This document shows positions 36,794 to 50,570 of a stretch of DNA of 64,000 nt, one piece after another. The notes beneath the pieces are model-generated. The model was given only the letters and a program-made list of their open reading frames with translations, was not told the DNA's origin and did no database searches. The stretch's first letter is position 1, and every line of letters starts with the position of its first letter. The stretch covers positions 113,090,001 to 113,154,000 of the forward strand of contig CM059432.1 in assembly GCA_030390025.1 (NCBI GenBank). The letters are read 5' to 3'. The stretch comes from Squalus acanthias (Eukaryota). A program made the translations under genes and the position numbers.

Positions 36794-38711
36794 CTATTTG
36801 TGTAGTATCTTTCTCTTACGCGTGCTCCTATGTGGTGCTTCCCCTGTGGCTTCAGCAGAGGTGGAGGCCCCTTGCTCAGTTTGTTGCTGCTCCTGTCTTG
36901 ACACCTTTGGCGGGCGTCCTCTGGGGTTGCGAACCTGCAAGGGCTCGGCAACAGTCTGCTGCTCCTGCGGCTGGGCAGGGGTTGAGACGCCGATCTCAGT
37001 TGGGTGCGGACTCTGGTGGGGCTCTGACCGAGGACTTGTCAGTGGCATGGAAGTGTGAGCGCTTGGAGAGGAGCCCCCACCTCCTTGTCTGCCACCAACA
37101 TCCCTCTCATGGGTCAGGTCCACCTCAGCTTTTGCAAGTGGATTGAGAGCACCTTGCTGCACATCAGGGGGGCCATGGGGACGCATATCGGCACTGGCAG
37201 TCCTACTCAGAAGGACTTCCATGAAGGTCTGGTTTCTCTGTTCAATAGATGTCCATCGCTCCTCCAGAGATGTCATTCTATTCAGAACACTCACCATGTT
37301 TTCTGCACTCTGGCGACTTATCACCTCCATGGAGGTTGCCATCCTTTCCATGGTGATGTGTTCATGCGCCAATGACTCCACAAAGGCTCTGCTCATGTTC
37401 GCTATGGACTCCTCCATTCGCTCCACACTCGCAGCGACCCTGGAGACAAAACCTGTCAGAGACTCCTGCATCTGTTCCTGGAGTCCCAGCACCACTGATC
37501 TTATGGATGGCCCCAGAGGCAGAGGGTCGACATGCAGCTGAGCTGAGCTAGGAGAGTCCTGCGCCCTCCGACTAGGACTCTCCACTGCTGTCCCTGTCTC
37601 CACCATCTGCTGATGCTCACTTGTGAGCTGTGATACACCAGGTGACAACACTACTCTATGTCCCGAGGGTCCCACCGAGGTGTGAGTCTCTGCGCTGGTG
37701 CTGGGTGCGCTGAATTCTGCTGACACTGCGCCCTCAGAGGTTCCAGCTTCCTCTGAGGAGTCTGGATGCTCAGGCTGGTCCTCCTGGCTAGTGGGGACGG
37801 GTGCTTGCGATGGTCCTGTGGGGGAGTAAAGGAAAGAGTCAGAGATGTGATGCCAAGGTTACATGCACATTGCATATTGCAGATGATCATAAATCCATCT
37901 GTTAGAGCTTCAGATTCATTATCAGCGACTCATGCAATGTCAATGAGAGAGATGGAACACTATTCAGTCACCAGCTTGCTGTGATGCGCCCGTCTGTCCG
38001 TCCCCCACTTGTGTATCGTCCTCCACTTCCACGATCTCCAGGACCGCATCCTCCCAGGGGGTGAGCTGGGCTAATGAAGGTGGCCCTCCTCCTGTCCTGG
38101 CTCTTTCCCTTTTATTGTGAGCTCTCTTTTCCTGCAATGAGGGAGACAAGTGGAGTTTGAGTGAGATTGAAGGAGTGAGTGTAGAGAGTCCATAGCATAG
38201 ATGCTTAGAAGGAGACAAAGATGGAGTGAGGTGGCAAGACCAAGGGCCCTCCCTGTGTGTTGTAAGTTGTTTTCATAGCATGACAGCAATAGGGAGTGTG
38301 AGGGCTGCATAGTTGAATAGTAAGGTGAATGTGACCATAAAGGGAGAGGGAATGGGTAAGGGTGCATGGATGTCAGTGTCAAGGATATGGAGGAAGAGGT
38401 TGCTAAAGCTGAGTGCTGGTGAGGAGAGGCAATGGGGATCAGATTGAGGGTGAAGGGAAAGTCATACTCACTTTTGCAGTGCGTAGAAGGTCATGAAACC
38501 TCTTCCTGCACTGGACCCAGGTTCTGCGGGTGATGGATAAAGAGTTGACCTCCTGGGCGACCTGGACCCACACAGCCTTGGTCTGCTGGGGAGGCTTCTT
38601 CCTCCCTGAGGAAGGGAAGAGCACCTCTCTGTTGGCTCTTGCTCCCTCCACTAAAGCTTGCAGGGCAATGTCATTGAACCTGGGAGCAGACCTGGGTCTT
38701 TGGCTGGCCAC
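36794..38711 (-). CDS. Harbinger Myb/SANT DNA-binding protein, 3 exons (38711-38472, 38131-37972, 37815-36794)
   Basis: APRF...W..VA..V...RTWVQCRKRFHDL and TGGGPP motifs. GT-AG introns join in frame (240+160+1022 nt) with no stops. GTG where copy B has ATG; an in-frame upstream ATG exists at 38846. Confidence 0.75.
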
Positions 38712-39651
38712 TCCTCCTGCAGTTGCCTCTAAGATACAAGTCCAGAAGCTTGGCAGTCTGCAGAAGAAGCAAGGCTTGTTGCAGACCTTAAATGCAGCAG
38801 CAATGATGACGTAATCGGAGGCGACTTTCAGACTGGAATAACTCATTGGCCATGGGTTCCCACACGTTGGAACTCAATTGGCCAATTAAGTTAAAATCGC
38901 ATCACTCTCCCACATCAATCTAGATTTGGGTGGGCAACACGAAAAGCGGATAACATGACCCCAACCCGCCCCAGTATCAAAATCCAGCCCATTGTGTACA
39001 TCATTTCCCACAGTTCTACTCTGCAGCAAGACATGTGAAGGTCTGAGTAACTGTAATGTTGGAAGAACCCGAATCACGGTATCCTATGCTTTCAGTGGCA
39101 CTGCATGAAAGAAGGCAGGCCAAGGTGATACCTAACATTACATGTGTTATCAGAGAGCCAGTTACATAGATGTGCCATGTTCTGCCTGAACTTCTGCAAT
39201 TACCATGGCAGCATAGAGCTCCAGATCTGGTGATAGGCTTGGTCAGCAGGAGCCTGAATCTTGGGTGCATGTTCTTGCAGGCACGATGCAATGCTAACCT
39301 ATTGGGATGGTGCCGTGGAGAGGCCCCAGAGGCTCATCCTCCTGGAACCACCTCACGTAGAACCACCTCCACTTCAGCCATCAAACAGTGGGTCGGGTAT
39401 TGGGCTGTTCAGATCCTTGCCTGCAGATTCGTGTCTGCATATGGCATGTGATGCTACCCAGTGCGCAATGAGCACATACATGCCGCCTGCCATATTGGAT
39501 CCTTCAGCGCTTGTTTTTTGCCCAAAAAATAGGTGCGCCGCGATTTGATTTCAAGGCTGATATCTCTTACTGTGGGTGCTACATGTGAGACAATACTATG
39601 CAATAGCCAATAACATGAAGACTATTTCAAGGAAGTCTCCCCAAATGCTAT

Positions 39652-42538
39652 GGCCCCAATTTTAAAGGAGAGGGTAGGGGACGGGGCACACAAGCCCCAA
39701 AGTGGGCGGCACATCCAAGGAGTCCAGGGCCGTGAAGACTCAGCTGATCTTAAAGACTGGACCTTGTTTAAATAAATTTTCCCTGAATCCCGTCCGACCG
39801 GATCATGTCCACAATATGGCCGATGAACCGCAGGAGGCTGCAGCTGGGGACCCGTGGGAATGGACCCCAGCAGCGGGGGGTGGCTCTGGTGGCAATCGGG
39901 GAGAGGGGCGCTCTGCCTGCCATCGGGAGGACTATGTCTTTGATTTGGGGTGGGCTTTAGTCGCGATCGGGTTGTGGGGGTGGAGCCCAGGCACGGGAGA
40001 TCCAATGCTTCCTTGTGAGGCCTGAAGGCGCACTCCTGTTCCTCCTGTCCCACAAGGAAATCTAAAATTGACTTTTTCACACTTACCAGCCTGGGCCTCC
40101 ACTGGCCCATGTTCCACCTCCCGGCAGGTCTGGCGTAACGGGGAAGCTGTATCTAAATGGTATAGATTCAGAACAGATCTAGCAGCTCAAAACTGGGCAT
40201 CCATGAGGCACTGTGGGCTATGAGCAGCAGCAGAATTGTATTCCACCACAATCTGTAACCTCATGGTCCGGTATAGCCCTCACTCTACCATTAACATCAA
40301 ACCAGGCGACCAACCCTGGTTCAATGAGGAGTGTAGAAGAGCATGCCAGGAGCAGCACCGGGTGTACCTAAAAATGAGGTGCCAACCTGGGGAAGCTACA
40401 ACACAGGACTATATGCATGCTAAAAAGCGGAACAAACCTGTTATAGACAGAGCTAAGCGATCCCATAACCAATGGATCAGATCAAAGCTCTGCAGTCCTG
40501 CCGCCTCCAATCGTGAATGGTGGTGGACAATTAAGCAACTAACGGGAGGAGGAGGCTCCATGAATATCCCCATCCTCAATGATGGTGGAGCCCAGCACGT
40601 GAGTGCAAAAGACAAGGCTGAAGCTTTTGCCATTATCTTCAGCCAGAAGTGCCAAGTGGATGATCCATCTCGGCCTCCTCCTGAGATCCCCAACATCACC
40701 GAAGCCAGTCTTCAGCCAATTCGATTCACTCCACGTGACACCAAGAAATGACTGCGCGCACTGGATACAGCAAAGGCTATGGGCCCCGACAACATCCTGG
40801 CTGCAGTGCTGAAGACTTGTGCTCCAGAACTAGCTGCGCCTCTAGTCAAGCTGTTCCAGTACAGCTACAACACTGGCATCTACCCGACAGAGTGGAAAAT
40901 TGCCTAGTTATGTCCTGTCCACAAAAAGCAGAACAAATCCTATCTGGCCAATTACTGCCCCATCAGCGTACTCTCAATCATCAGCAAAGTGATGGAAGGT
41001 GTTGTTGACAGTGCTATCAAGCGGCACTTACTCACCAATAACCTGCTCACTGATGCTCAGTTTGATTTCCGCCAGGACCACTCGGCTCCAGACCTCATTA
41101 CAGCCATGGTCCAAACATGGACAAAGGAGCTGAATTCCAGAGGTGAGGTGAAAGTGACTGCCCTTGATATCAAGGCAGCATTTGACCGAGTGTGACATCA
41201 AGGAGCCCAAGTAAAACTGAAGTCAATGGGAATCGGGGGAAAACTTGCCACTGGCTGGAGTCATACCTAACACAAAGGAAGATGGTTGTGGTTGTTGGAG
41301 GCCAATCATCTCAGCCCCAGGACATCGCTGCAGGAGTTCCTCAGGGCAGTGTCCTAGACCCAAACATCTTCAGCTGCTTCATCAATGACCTTCTCTCCAT
41401 CATAAGGTCAGAAGTGGGGATGTTCGATGATAATTGCATAGTGTTCAGTTCTATTTGTAACTCCTCAGATAATGAAGCAGTCCGTGCCCGCATGCAACAA
41501 GTCCTGGACTACATTCAGGCTTGGGCTGATAAGTGACAAGTAACATTCGCGTCACACAAGTGCCAGGCAATGACCATCTCCACAAAAGAGAGTCTAGCCA
41601 CCTCCCCTTGACATTCAACAGGATTACCATCGCCGAATCACCCGCCATCAACATCCTGGGGGTCACCATTGACTAGAAATTTAACTGGGCCAGCCACATA
41701 AATACTGTGGCTACAAGAGCAGGTCAGAAGCTGGGTATTCTGTGGCGAGTGTTTCACCTCCTGACTCCCCAAAGCCTTTCCACCATCTACAAGGCACAAG
41801 TAAGGAGTGTGATGGAATACTCTCCACTTGCCTGGATGAGTGCAACTCCAACAACACTCAAGAAGCTCGACACCATCGAGGACAAAGCAGCCCATTTGAT
41901 TGCCACCCCATCCACCACCTTAAACATTCACTCCCTCCACCACCAGCGTACCGTGCTGCAGTGTGTACCATCTACAAGATGCACTGCAGCAACTCACCAA
42001 GGCTTCTTCGGCAGCACCTGCCAAACCCGTGACCTTTTCCACCTCGAAGGACAAGGACAGCAGGCGCGTGGGAACTCCACCACCTCCAAGTTCCCCTCTA
42101 AGTCACACACCATCCTGACTTAGAAGTATATCGCTGATCCTTCATTGTCGCTGGGTCAAAATCCTGGAACTCCCTCCCTAACAGCACTGTGGGAGTACCT
42201 TCACCTCATGGACTGCAGTGGTTTTAGAAGGGGATTAGGGATGGGCAATAAATGCTGGCCTTGCCAGTGACACCAACATCTCATTAATGAATTTTTAAAA
42301 AAGCCGACACTGCTCCCCCACTCAGGCCTTGGACTAGTATTGCAGATTGGGTCTCGATTACATCATCGGACCCAATCTGCATATTTCAAGAAGGACCCTG
42401 CTTTCTTGCTGTGGAAGTTCCGCTCGCCATCTCAAAAGAGCAGGTTAAGATCGGGACTCGGTGGGAAGGCCGCGGGATCAGAGAGGGTAAGTGACTGGCC
42501 TCATTTTAACTGGTGGGGGGTCGGTTAAAATCAAGGAC
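39652..42538. mobile_element. Probable MITE split by LINE 40150-42303
   Basis: GGCCCCAATTTTAA start and TTAAAATCAAGGAC end resemble the other TIRs in this window; TSD is not clean. Confidence 0.35.
40150..42303 (+). mobile_element. 5'-truncated CR1-group LINE (same family as 46880-50570)
   Basis: [50 protein letters not shown]-rich tail. Confidence 0.85.
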
Positions 42539-43216
42539 ATTCAGTAAAGAGTGACATGTCTCTTGATTGAGGGAATTGTTGTCATTCCAAAGGAATGCAG
42601 TGGCCACACAAAAGTCTCTTCATTCTGGTTAATAGAATTGGAAACGATAACAAGTCTCAATGATGTCAGATCTATTCAATCTGCATCTGCTTTTTTTGAA
42701 TCACTTCATTTAGTCCTGTGTATTCTTCCAAATCTGAAATGAGTGACTCTTCTCCCCATCCCTAGTTTTGGATTTGTTTGGTACACCACGGAAATTTGCT
42801 CAGTTCTACCTTTATGAATAAGCTGAGCTGAGTGTGAAAATCTTTCAGACTACTATCATAGAACAAACCTTGCAAAATCCCCTCATATACAAGAGCGCTG
42901 CTACGATTCATAAAGCTCCTCTTACAAAACATGAAAAGCGATCTTGAGCAATAAATATCAGACTGTTTAATTTTGGTTTCAGTGCTTCCTCCTCTTGGCC
43001 GTCCACAGTTGCTAACTGCAGGGAGTGTAGCTGCTGCTCCTATTAGTGTTGCTGTACGGCTCTGCATGACTTTCAACCTTCTTCTAGAGGGTAAGCTGGA
43101 CTGGGCTTGCTGTCAGTTCTTCCCTTGAGGTAAAGTGCGGGCCTACCTCACTGAGCTGCTGAGTGCTGCCAATACTCCTCACACTCATGGGGCCACCAGT
43201 CTAAGAGCGTGTATTG

Positions 43217-43400
43217 AACAGGATTTTAACCTCATCAGCCCATCGGGAAACCCATGGGATCGGGAGGAACATCGCTTTTACACCCTGCCCAATATTGCTC
43301 TCCACTGACTTCCATGGAGAGTACAATCAGGTGGGGGTAAAACCAGCGTTGCCCCCGATGCCATCAGTTTCCCAACAAGTGGGTTAGGTTAGAATTGCCC
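43217..43400. mobile_element. Palindromic MITE-like element
   Basis: Imperfect hairpin centred on CTCTCCACTGACTTCCATGGAGAG. Confidence 0.5.
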
Positions 43401-43447
43401 CTTGACTCCCAGCCAGAACAGTTTGAAATAAACTTCTCAAAAGACTT

Positions 43448-45422
43448 ACATAAAAACAGAAAATATTGGAAACACTCAGCAGGTCAGGCAGCATCTGTGG
43501 AGAGAAAAACAGAGTTAACTTCTGACGAAAGGTCATCGACTTGAAACGTTGGGCTGAATTTTGCCGGCGCTCAGAGGGCGGGTTTGGAGGCGGGTCCGCT
43601 GTCAAAATCACCAAGATTGACAGCGGGTCGGTATCCCGCTCTGAACCCGCCTCCTTGTCAGTTTCCTAAGTGTCGGGCCTGTCATCCCTGAACAGACCCG
43701 ACACCAAGTGGCGGGTCAGCCAATTTAGATTGTTAAAAGCTTATTAAAAGGTAGTTAAGAACCATTTTCCCATGTACTTACCATTTTACCAGGTTTTCAA
43801 CGAGGTTCCCAGAGAGCGGTTATCACATCAGGTAGGTATGTCGGGTTCTCAATGACTGTGGATTGCTGTGAATAGGTGAAAGCTGCAAAAGTGGTCTAAA
43901 ACCTACCATTTCACAGCTAGTCACTTTCCAATCTTAGAAGCGGGAGCATTAATGATTTGGAACCCACTTTTGAGCTTTATGCACTTTTGAAGTGTTTGGA
44001 GTAATCTCTCTATCCACTGTCACCTCCTTGGAACAACCTATCTCAACATTGACAGATCACTTCTGTCATCTCAACCTCACCTGCCATCTATTCCATCAGC
44101 ATCAGTGCCCTTGAAAAAATCTCACCTTGGTCCTCAGAATCCCAACACGATCAGCCCCAACACCAGCATCACCGGGCACACCAGCAGCACCAACATCCCC
44201 ACCAACCTTCTCCGCAATCAACTGATGCTGCACAGGACAGAGGGCATCATCACCCAACCACATTGCTGCCCGGGACGCCACCAATGGCCTCACCATGGCC
44301 AGATTTGCTTCACTTAATACTGTACACCCAGGTTGGCACCACCCCACACCAGGCACCATACAGTATCCCTACAATGTGCAAGCCATTCCTTTCACACTCA
44401 TCACCATTGCGGGGTGGGGGGGGGGGGGTGATGTTATGTCTCACCATTCACTGGAACTCACTAACACACTTTTAAAGGTGCACACAAATCTGTCCAAGAA
44501 GGCAAAGTGGTGACAATAAAGATTTCAATGTTTGACAACACATTAACAGAAATTTCACATGAACATTGGCTAAAACACCCAAGTGCCTACCCTTGTGTGT
44601 TGTTAGTTGTTATGATTGGACAAGGATGAGGGTGAGTGTGAGGGTTGGCTAGTGAGATGGGGAAGTGATAATGTAGATAGAGAGGGATGGGTGGAGGTGC
44701 AAGGTAAGTTGGTGTGAGTAAAGATGTGCAGGAATAGGGTAGGGAAGGCAGAGAGATGGGGATGTGTTGAGTGGCACAGCAGGATGAGGCTGAGTGTGGC
44801 TTTGCAGTAATGTTTCGTGATCTACTGAGATCATTGAAAGGTTTGCGCCACTGCAGCCTGGTCCTCCTGACGACATCCCTGCTTGTGTCCTCCTGTGCAA
44901 TGTGCAACCAGGCTGCGTTGGTGTCCTGGGGAGGTGTCTTCGCCCATTGGAAGGGAAGAGAACCTCCCTGCGTGCTGTGACTCCCTCCATAAACATATGG
45001 AGGAAGTCATGGGAGAGCCTGGGTGCAGCCGTGCACCTCTGTGCAGTGATTGTCAGTGATTGCAGCACCTCAATGCTGCAGAACAGTCAAAATCAATTTG
45101 GACATGGCCCCTTTAAGGAAACCGGCTGATGACGCATCATCAAATGATGTCATCAGACTCGCTTCCTATTAATTGTCCAGTTACCTCGCAGGGTGGGCTT
45201 AATAAGCCCAATCATTGGAATGTCTTGTTGGCGGCTGGGATCGAGACAGATGCGAGGTCCCCACACGTCACCCACATCGCCCGCCCCGGACCCGCCGAGG
45301 TTGGAATAATCCAGCCCGTTAACTCTGCTTCTGGCTCCACAGATGCTGCCTGACCTGCTGAGTATTTCCAGCATTTTCTGTTTTTATTTCAGATTTCCAG
45401 CGTCCGCAGTATTTTGCTTTTG
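43448..45422. mobile_element. Penelope hairpin insertion (family 1) split by Harbinger derivative
   Basis: Inverted arms 43450-43519 and 45318-45390. 14-bp TSD TTCTCAAA(A/G)GACTT at 43434-47 and 45423-36. Hammerhead core CTGACGA...GAAACGTT at 43522-43550. Confidence 0.8.
43551..45317 (+). mobile_element. Internally deleted Harbinger derivative
   Basis: TIR GGGCTGAATT / ATCCAGCCC, TSD GTT. The nuclease Q-rich start is joined to its C-terminus (HIAARDA...MARFA); a Myb exon-1 remnant lies on the minus strand at ~44810-45030. Confidence 0.8.
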
Positions 45423-46879
45423 TTCTCAAAGGACTTCTTCACTTTAATGAAGGGTTTCACATTAACCAATCTTTCTGTTTCAGATGCTCATCAAGCTGCT
45501 GGGTATTTCCAAATATATCCAGCTCGGAGGTTCCTTTCTGCCATTTAAAAGATCTGTCCCATAAAAGTTATTTGTTTAATTAAAATGTCAATGCATTGTT
45601 AATGTTAAGTTACAGGTTCTATTTTACCCCACAATTACTGCACTGGTAATGCAATTTAAGTCACTAGATTGGCAAAGAGAAATTGAAAATCACGAAAATA
45701 TTCTGTTCATTCCTATAAAGGAAATATTGTAAAACTAAAGAATTTCACTTTGTGTCCAAAGTCAATTTTATCATATAAATTCATTTAATATCAGTTTGAA
45801 GCCAAATCTAATTTAAAAGTTAAAAGAGACTGCATTAGACTACCCTCGGAAAGATAGGATCTAATCCTGAAAATACTCTCTTCTACAATCATTGTTACTG
45901 TAAATCCCTCTGAGATGAATGCATTATTGCCCAGATTACACATTTAATCAGGTTTACAGCCCAAATTACAGTCAACTTCTATGTTTTATCACTTGACTTG
46001 TGTCTTTTACAATCTACCAAACTATAGCAAAGTCCAAATTAATTAAAAAAGGAAGCATTTACCCTTAGTGGGGAGGACAGTCACAGGAGCGCTGACGACT
46101 GTCGACCGACAATGGTGATGAACATTTGATAACTCTCACATTATAATTAAAAGCAAGACATTTTGAAACAGAAAATTCTCATTAATATTTTACTGTGAAT
46201 TCTCAAAATGTAATTAGAGGTTTGTATTAAGTAGTTTATTCAACTTAAGAGGCATAGACGGTATACAAAAACATAGCTGGTGCAGACCAAAGCGTATGGC
46301 ATTAAGCTCAATATTGAATCCAACAGAGAACGGGTTGTATTTGAAACTGGCCATGCAGATAAAATAACAGACTGCAGGAAGTGAGCCATTCATCCAACTG
46401 TGCAGTAGCAGGGGGCTTTCCTGCCTTTCCTCTCCTCTGATTAAAACAGGTGTTGCTGGCTCACTGGTGCCTTTGCTGGCAAATGCACCAGCCAGTGTGG
46501 AACTGAGCCTCACAGACCAGATCCAGCTCCCAGTCTGTGCGCTGTTAGCTATCTCAGCTGGGGCAGTGGTCCAGGTGCTATAGATGGTCTAAACACCCAC
46601 CCACCATCTAGACAAATAGGAAAAAAGCAATCAATCTGTGCTCTTGATCTTGTTCACTAAATCTTGCTGGAAAATGCTTGTTTGTGGCTGTTGGGTGCGG
46701 CCAGAATTAAGCCCAACTGCTATACCTCCCATCGTTAAGTAACCTGCCAACATTCATTGTCAAGGTTGATATATTGAGTAATAGGTGAGTAGTCAGTATC
46801 TGAAGTATTGCTCCATGAGTTGGGTGAAGAGGGGAGAAAATTGAGAAATATTAAATTTAGTTGTAACAAAGATTAAAAA

Positions 46880-49800
46880 TACTAGGACTGAAATTCCAAT
46901 GGCCTGGACTAATGATCCGGAGACATGAGTAAAAATCCCACCATGGCAGCTGGGGAATTTAAAATTCAGTTAATTCAATAAATCTGGAATGAAAAAACTA
47001 GTATCAGTAATGGTGACCAAGAAACTACCGGATTGGCGTAAAAACCCATCTGGTTCACTAATGTCCTTTAGGGAAGGAAATCAGCCGTCCTTACCTGGTC
47101 TGGCCTATATGTGACTCCAGACCCACAGCAATGTGGTTGACTCTTAACTGCCCTTTGAAATGACCTAACAAGCCACTCAGTTGTATCAAACCACTACAAA
47201 GAAGTACACTAAGAATAAAACCAACAGACCACCCGGCATCAACCTCGGCACCGGACACGACAAATGCACACCCAGCCCAGTCGACCCTGCAAAGTCCTCC
47301 TCACTAACATCTGGGGACTTGTGCCAAAATTGGGAGAGCTGTCCCACAGACTAGTCAAGCAACAGCCTGATATAGTCATCCTCACAGAATCATACCTTTC
47401 AGCCAATGACCCAAACTCCTCCATCACCATCCCTGGGTATGTTTGTTCCCACAGGCAGGACGGACAACAACAACAACAACTTGTATATATATAGCACCTT
47501 TAATGTAATAAAACGTTCCAAGGCACATCACAGGACCATTATCAAACAAAATTTGACACCGAGCCACACAAGGAGATTTTGGGGAAGCTGACCAAAAGCT
47601 TGATCAAAGAGGTAGATTTTAAGGAGTGTCTTAAAGGAGGAAAGAGAGGTAGAGAGGCGAAGAGTTTTAGGGAGGGAATGCCAGAGCTTAAGGCCTAGGC
47701 AACAGAAGGCACGGCCACCAATGGTTGAGCGATTAAAATCAGGGATGCTCAAGAGGCCAGAATTTGAGGAGTGCAGATATCTCTGGGTGTTGTGGGGCTG
47801 GAGGAGATTACAGAGATAGTGAGGGGCGAGGCCATGGAGGGATTTGAAAACAAGGATGAGAATTTTGAAATCGAGGCCTTGCTCAACCAGGAGTCAATGT
47901 AGGTCAGTGAGCACAGGGATGGTGGGTGAACGGGAATTGGTGTGAGTTAGGACACGGGCAGCAGAGTTTTGGCTGACCTCAAGTTTATGGAGAGTTTTCT
48001 AGAGGTGGCGGGAGGGAGTGGCCCTGGGGGTCCTCAACATTGACTCCAGACCCCATGAAGTCTCATGGCTTCGGGTCAAACATGGGCAAGGAAACTCCTG
48101 CCAATTACCACCTACCGTCCTCCCTCAGTTGATGAACACCACGTGGAAAAAGCACTGAGCGTAGCAAGGGCACAGAATTTACGCTGGGTGGGGGACTTCA
48201 ATGTCCATCACCAAGAGTGGCTCTGTAACACCACTACTGACCGAGCTGGCTGAGTTCTGAAGGATATAGCTCCCAGACTGGGACTGCGGCCAGTGGTGAG
48301 AGAATCAACACGAAGGAAAAACCTACTTGACCTCGTCCTCACCAATCTACCTGTTGCAGATGCATCTGTGCATGACAGCATTGGTAGCAGTGACCACTGC
48401 ACAGTCATTGTGGACACTCTCCATCGTGTTGAGTGGCACCATGCTAAATGGGATAGATTCAGAACAGATGTAGCAGCTGAAAACTGGGCATCCATGAGGC
48501 GCTGTAGGCCATCAGCAGCAGCAGAATTATAGTCCACCACATGGCCCAGCATATCCCTCACTCTACCATTACCATCAAGCCAGAGGATCAACTCTGGTTC
48601 AATGAGGAGTGCAGAAGAGCATGTCAGGAGCAGCACCAGGCGTATCTAAAAATGAGATGCCAACCTGGGGAAGCTACAACACAGGATATACATGCTAAAC
48701 AGTGGAAACAGCATGCTACAGACAGAGCTAAGCGATCCCACAACCAACGGAAACGATCAAAGCTCTGCAGTTCTGCCACTTCCAGTCGTGAATGGTGGTG
48801 GACAATTAAACAACTAACAGGAGGAGGAGGCTCCGTGAACATCTCCATCCTCACTGCTGGCAGAGCCCAGCACGCGAGTGCAAAAGACAAGGCTGAAGCG
48901 TTCTCAACCATCTTCAGCCAGAAATGCCGAGTGAATAATCAATCTCGGCCTCCTCCTAAAGTCCCCACCATCACAGAAGCCAGTCTTCAGCAAATTCGAT
49001 TCACTCCATGTGATATCAAGAAACGGCTGAGTGCACTGGATACAGCAAAGGCTATGGGCCCCGACAACATCCCGGCTGTCCTGCTGAAGACTTGTGCTCC
49101 AGAACTAGCTGTACCTCTAGCCAAGCTGTTCCAGTACAGCTACAACACTGGCATCTACCCGACAATGTGGAGAATTGCCCAGGTATGTCCAGTCCACAAA
49201 AAACAGGACAAATCCAATCCGGCCAGTTACCGCCCCATCAGTCTACTCTCAATCATCAGCAAAGTGATGGAATCTGTCATCGACAGTGCTATCAAGCAGC
49301 ACTTACTCACCAATAACCTGCTCACCGATGCTCAGTTTGGGTTCCGTCAGGACCACTTGGCTCCAGACCTCATTACAGCCTTGGTCCAAACATGGACAAA
49401 TAGGCTGAATTCCAGAGGTGAGGTGACAGTGACTGCCATTGACATCAAGGCAGCATTTGACCGAGTGTGGCATCAAGGAGCCCTAGTAAAATTGAAGTCA
49501 ATGGGGATCAGGGGGAAAACTCTCCACTGGCTGGAGTCATACCTAGCATAAGGAAGATGGTTGTGGTTGTTGGAGGCCAATCATCTCAGCCTCAGGATAT
49601 CGCTGCAGGAGTTCTTCAGGGCAGTGTCCTAGGCCCAACCATCTTCAGCTGCTTCACCAATGATCTTCCCTCAACATAAGGTCAGAAATGGGGATGTTCG
49701 CTGATGATTGCACAGTGTTCAGTGCCGTTTGCAACTCTTCAGATAATGAAGCAGTCCACGCCCACATGCAGCAAGAACAGACAACATTCAGGCTTGGGCT

Positions 49801-50570
49801 GATAAGTGGCAAGTAACATTCGCGCCACACAAGTGCCAAGCAATGACTATCTCCAACAAGAGAGAGTCTAACCACCACCCCTTGATATTCAACGGCATGA
49901 CCATCGCCGAATTCCCCAACATCAAAATATTGGGGGTTATAATGACCAGAAATTTAACTGGACCAGCCACATAAATACTGTGGCTACAAGAGCTGGCTAT
50001 TCTGTGGCGTGTGAATCACCTCCTGATTCACCAAAGCCTTTCCACCATCTACAAGGCACACGTCAGGAGTGTGATGGAATACTCTCCACTTGCCTGGATG
50101 AGTGCAGCTCCAACAACACTCATGAAGCTCGACACCACTCAGGACAAACCAGCCCGCTTGATTGGCACCCCATCCACCACCTTAAACATTCACTCCCTCC
50201 ACCACCGGCGTACCGTGGCTGCAGTGTGTACCATCTACAAGATGCACTGCAGCAACTCGCCAAGGCTTCTTTGACAGCACCTCCCAAACCCGTAACCTCT
50301 ACCACCTAGAAGGACAAGGGCAGCAGGCACATGAGAACACAAGTTCTCCTCCAAGTCACACACCATCGTGACTTGGAAATGTATCACCCTTCCTTCATCG
50401 TTCAAAATCTTGGAACTCCCTCCCTAACAGCACTGTGGGAGTACCTTCATCACACGGACTGCAGCAGTTCAAGAAGACGGCTCAACAGCACCTTCTCAAG
50501 GGCAACTATGAATGGGCAATAAATGCTGGCCTTGCCAGCGCCGCCCACATCACATGAACGAATAAAAAAA
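46880..50570 (+). mobile_element. Near full-length single-ORF CR1-group LINE with tRNA-like head (decayed)
   Basis: APE start KVLLTNIWGL...DIVILTESYL, VGDFNVHH, GSSDH; RT AIDIKAAFDRVW, QGSVLGP, MFADD; poly-A tail. No ORF1 between the head and APE. Confidence 0.85.
47465..47995 (-). mobile_element. L2 3' fragment inserted in the LINE endonuclease
   Basis: SIPDFNRSTIGGRAF...SFKTLLKIYLFDQAF and a (TTG)n tail; splits HRQD|RGG. Confidence 0.8.

Larger units (their letters stand above)
34785..38990 (+). mobile_element. Full-length PIF/Harbinger transposon (copy A)
   Basis: TIR GGGCTGGATTTT / AAAATCCAGCCC, TSD ATT (34782-84, 38991-93), two convergent genes. Confidence 0.93.
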
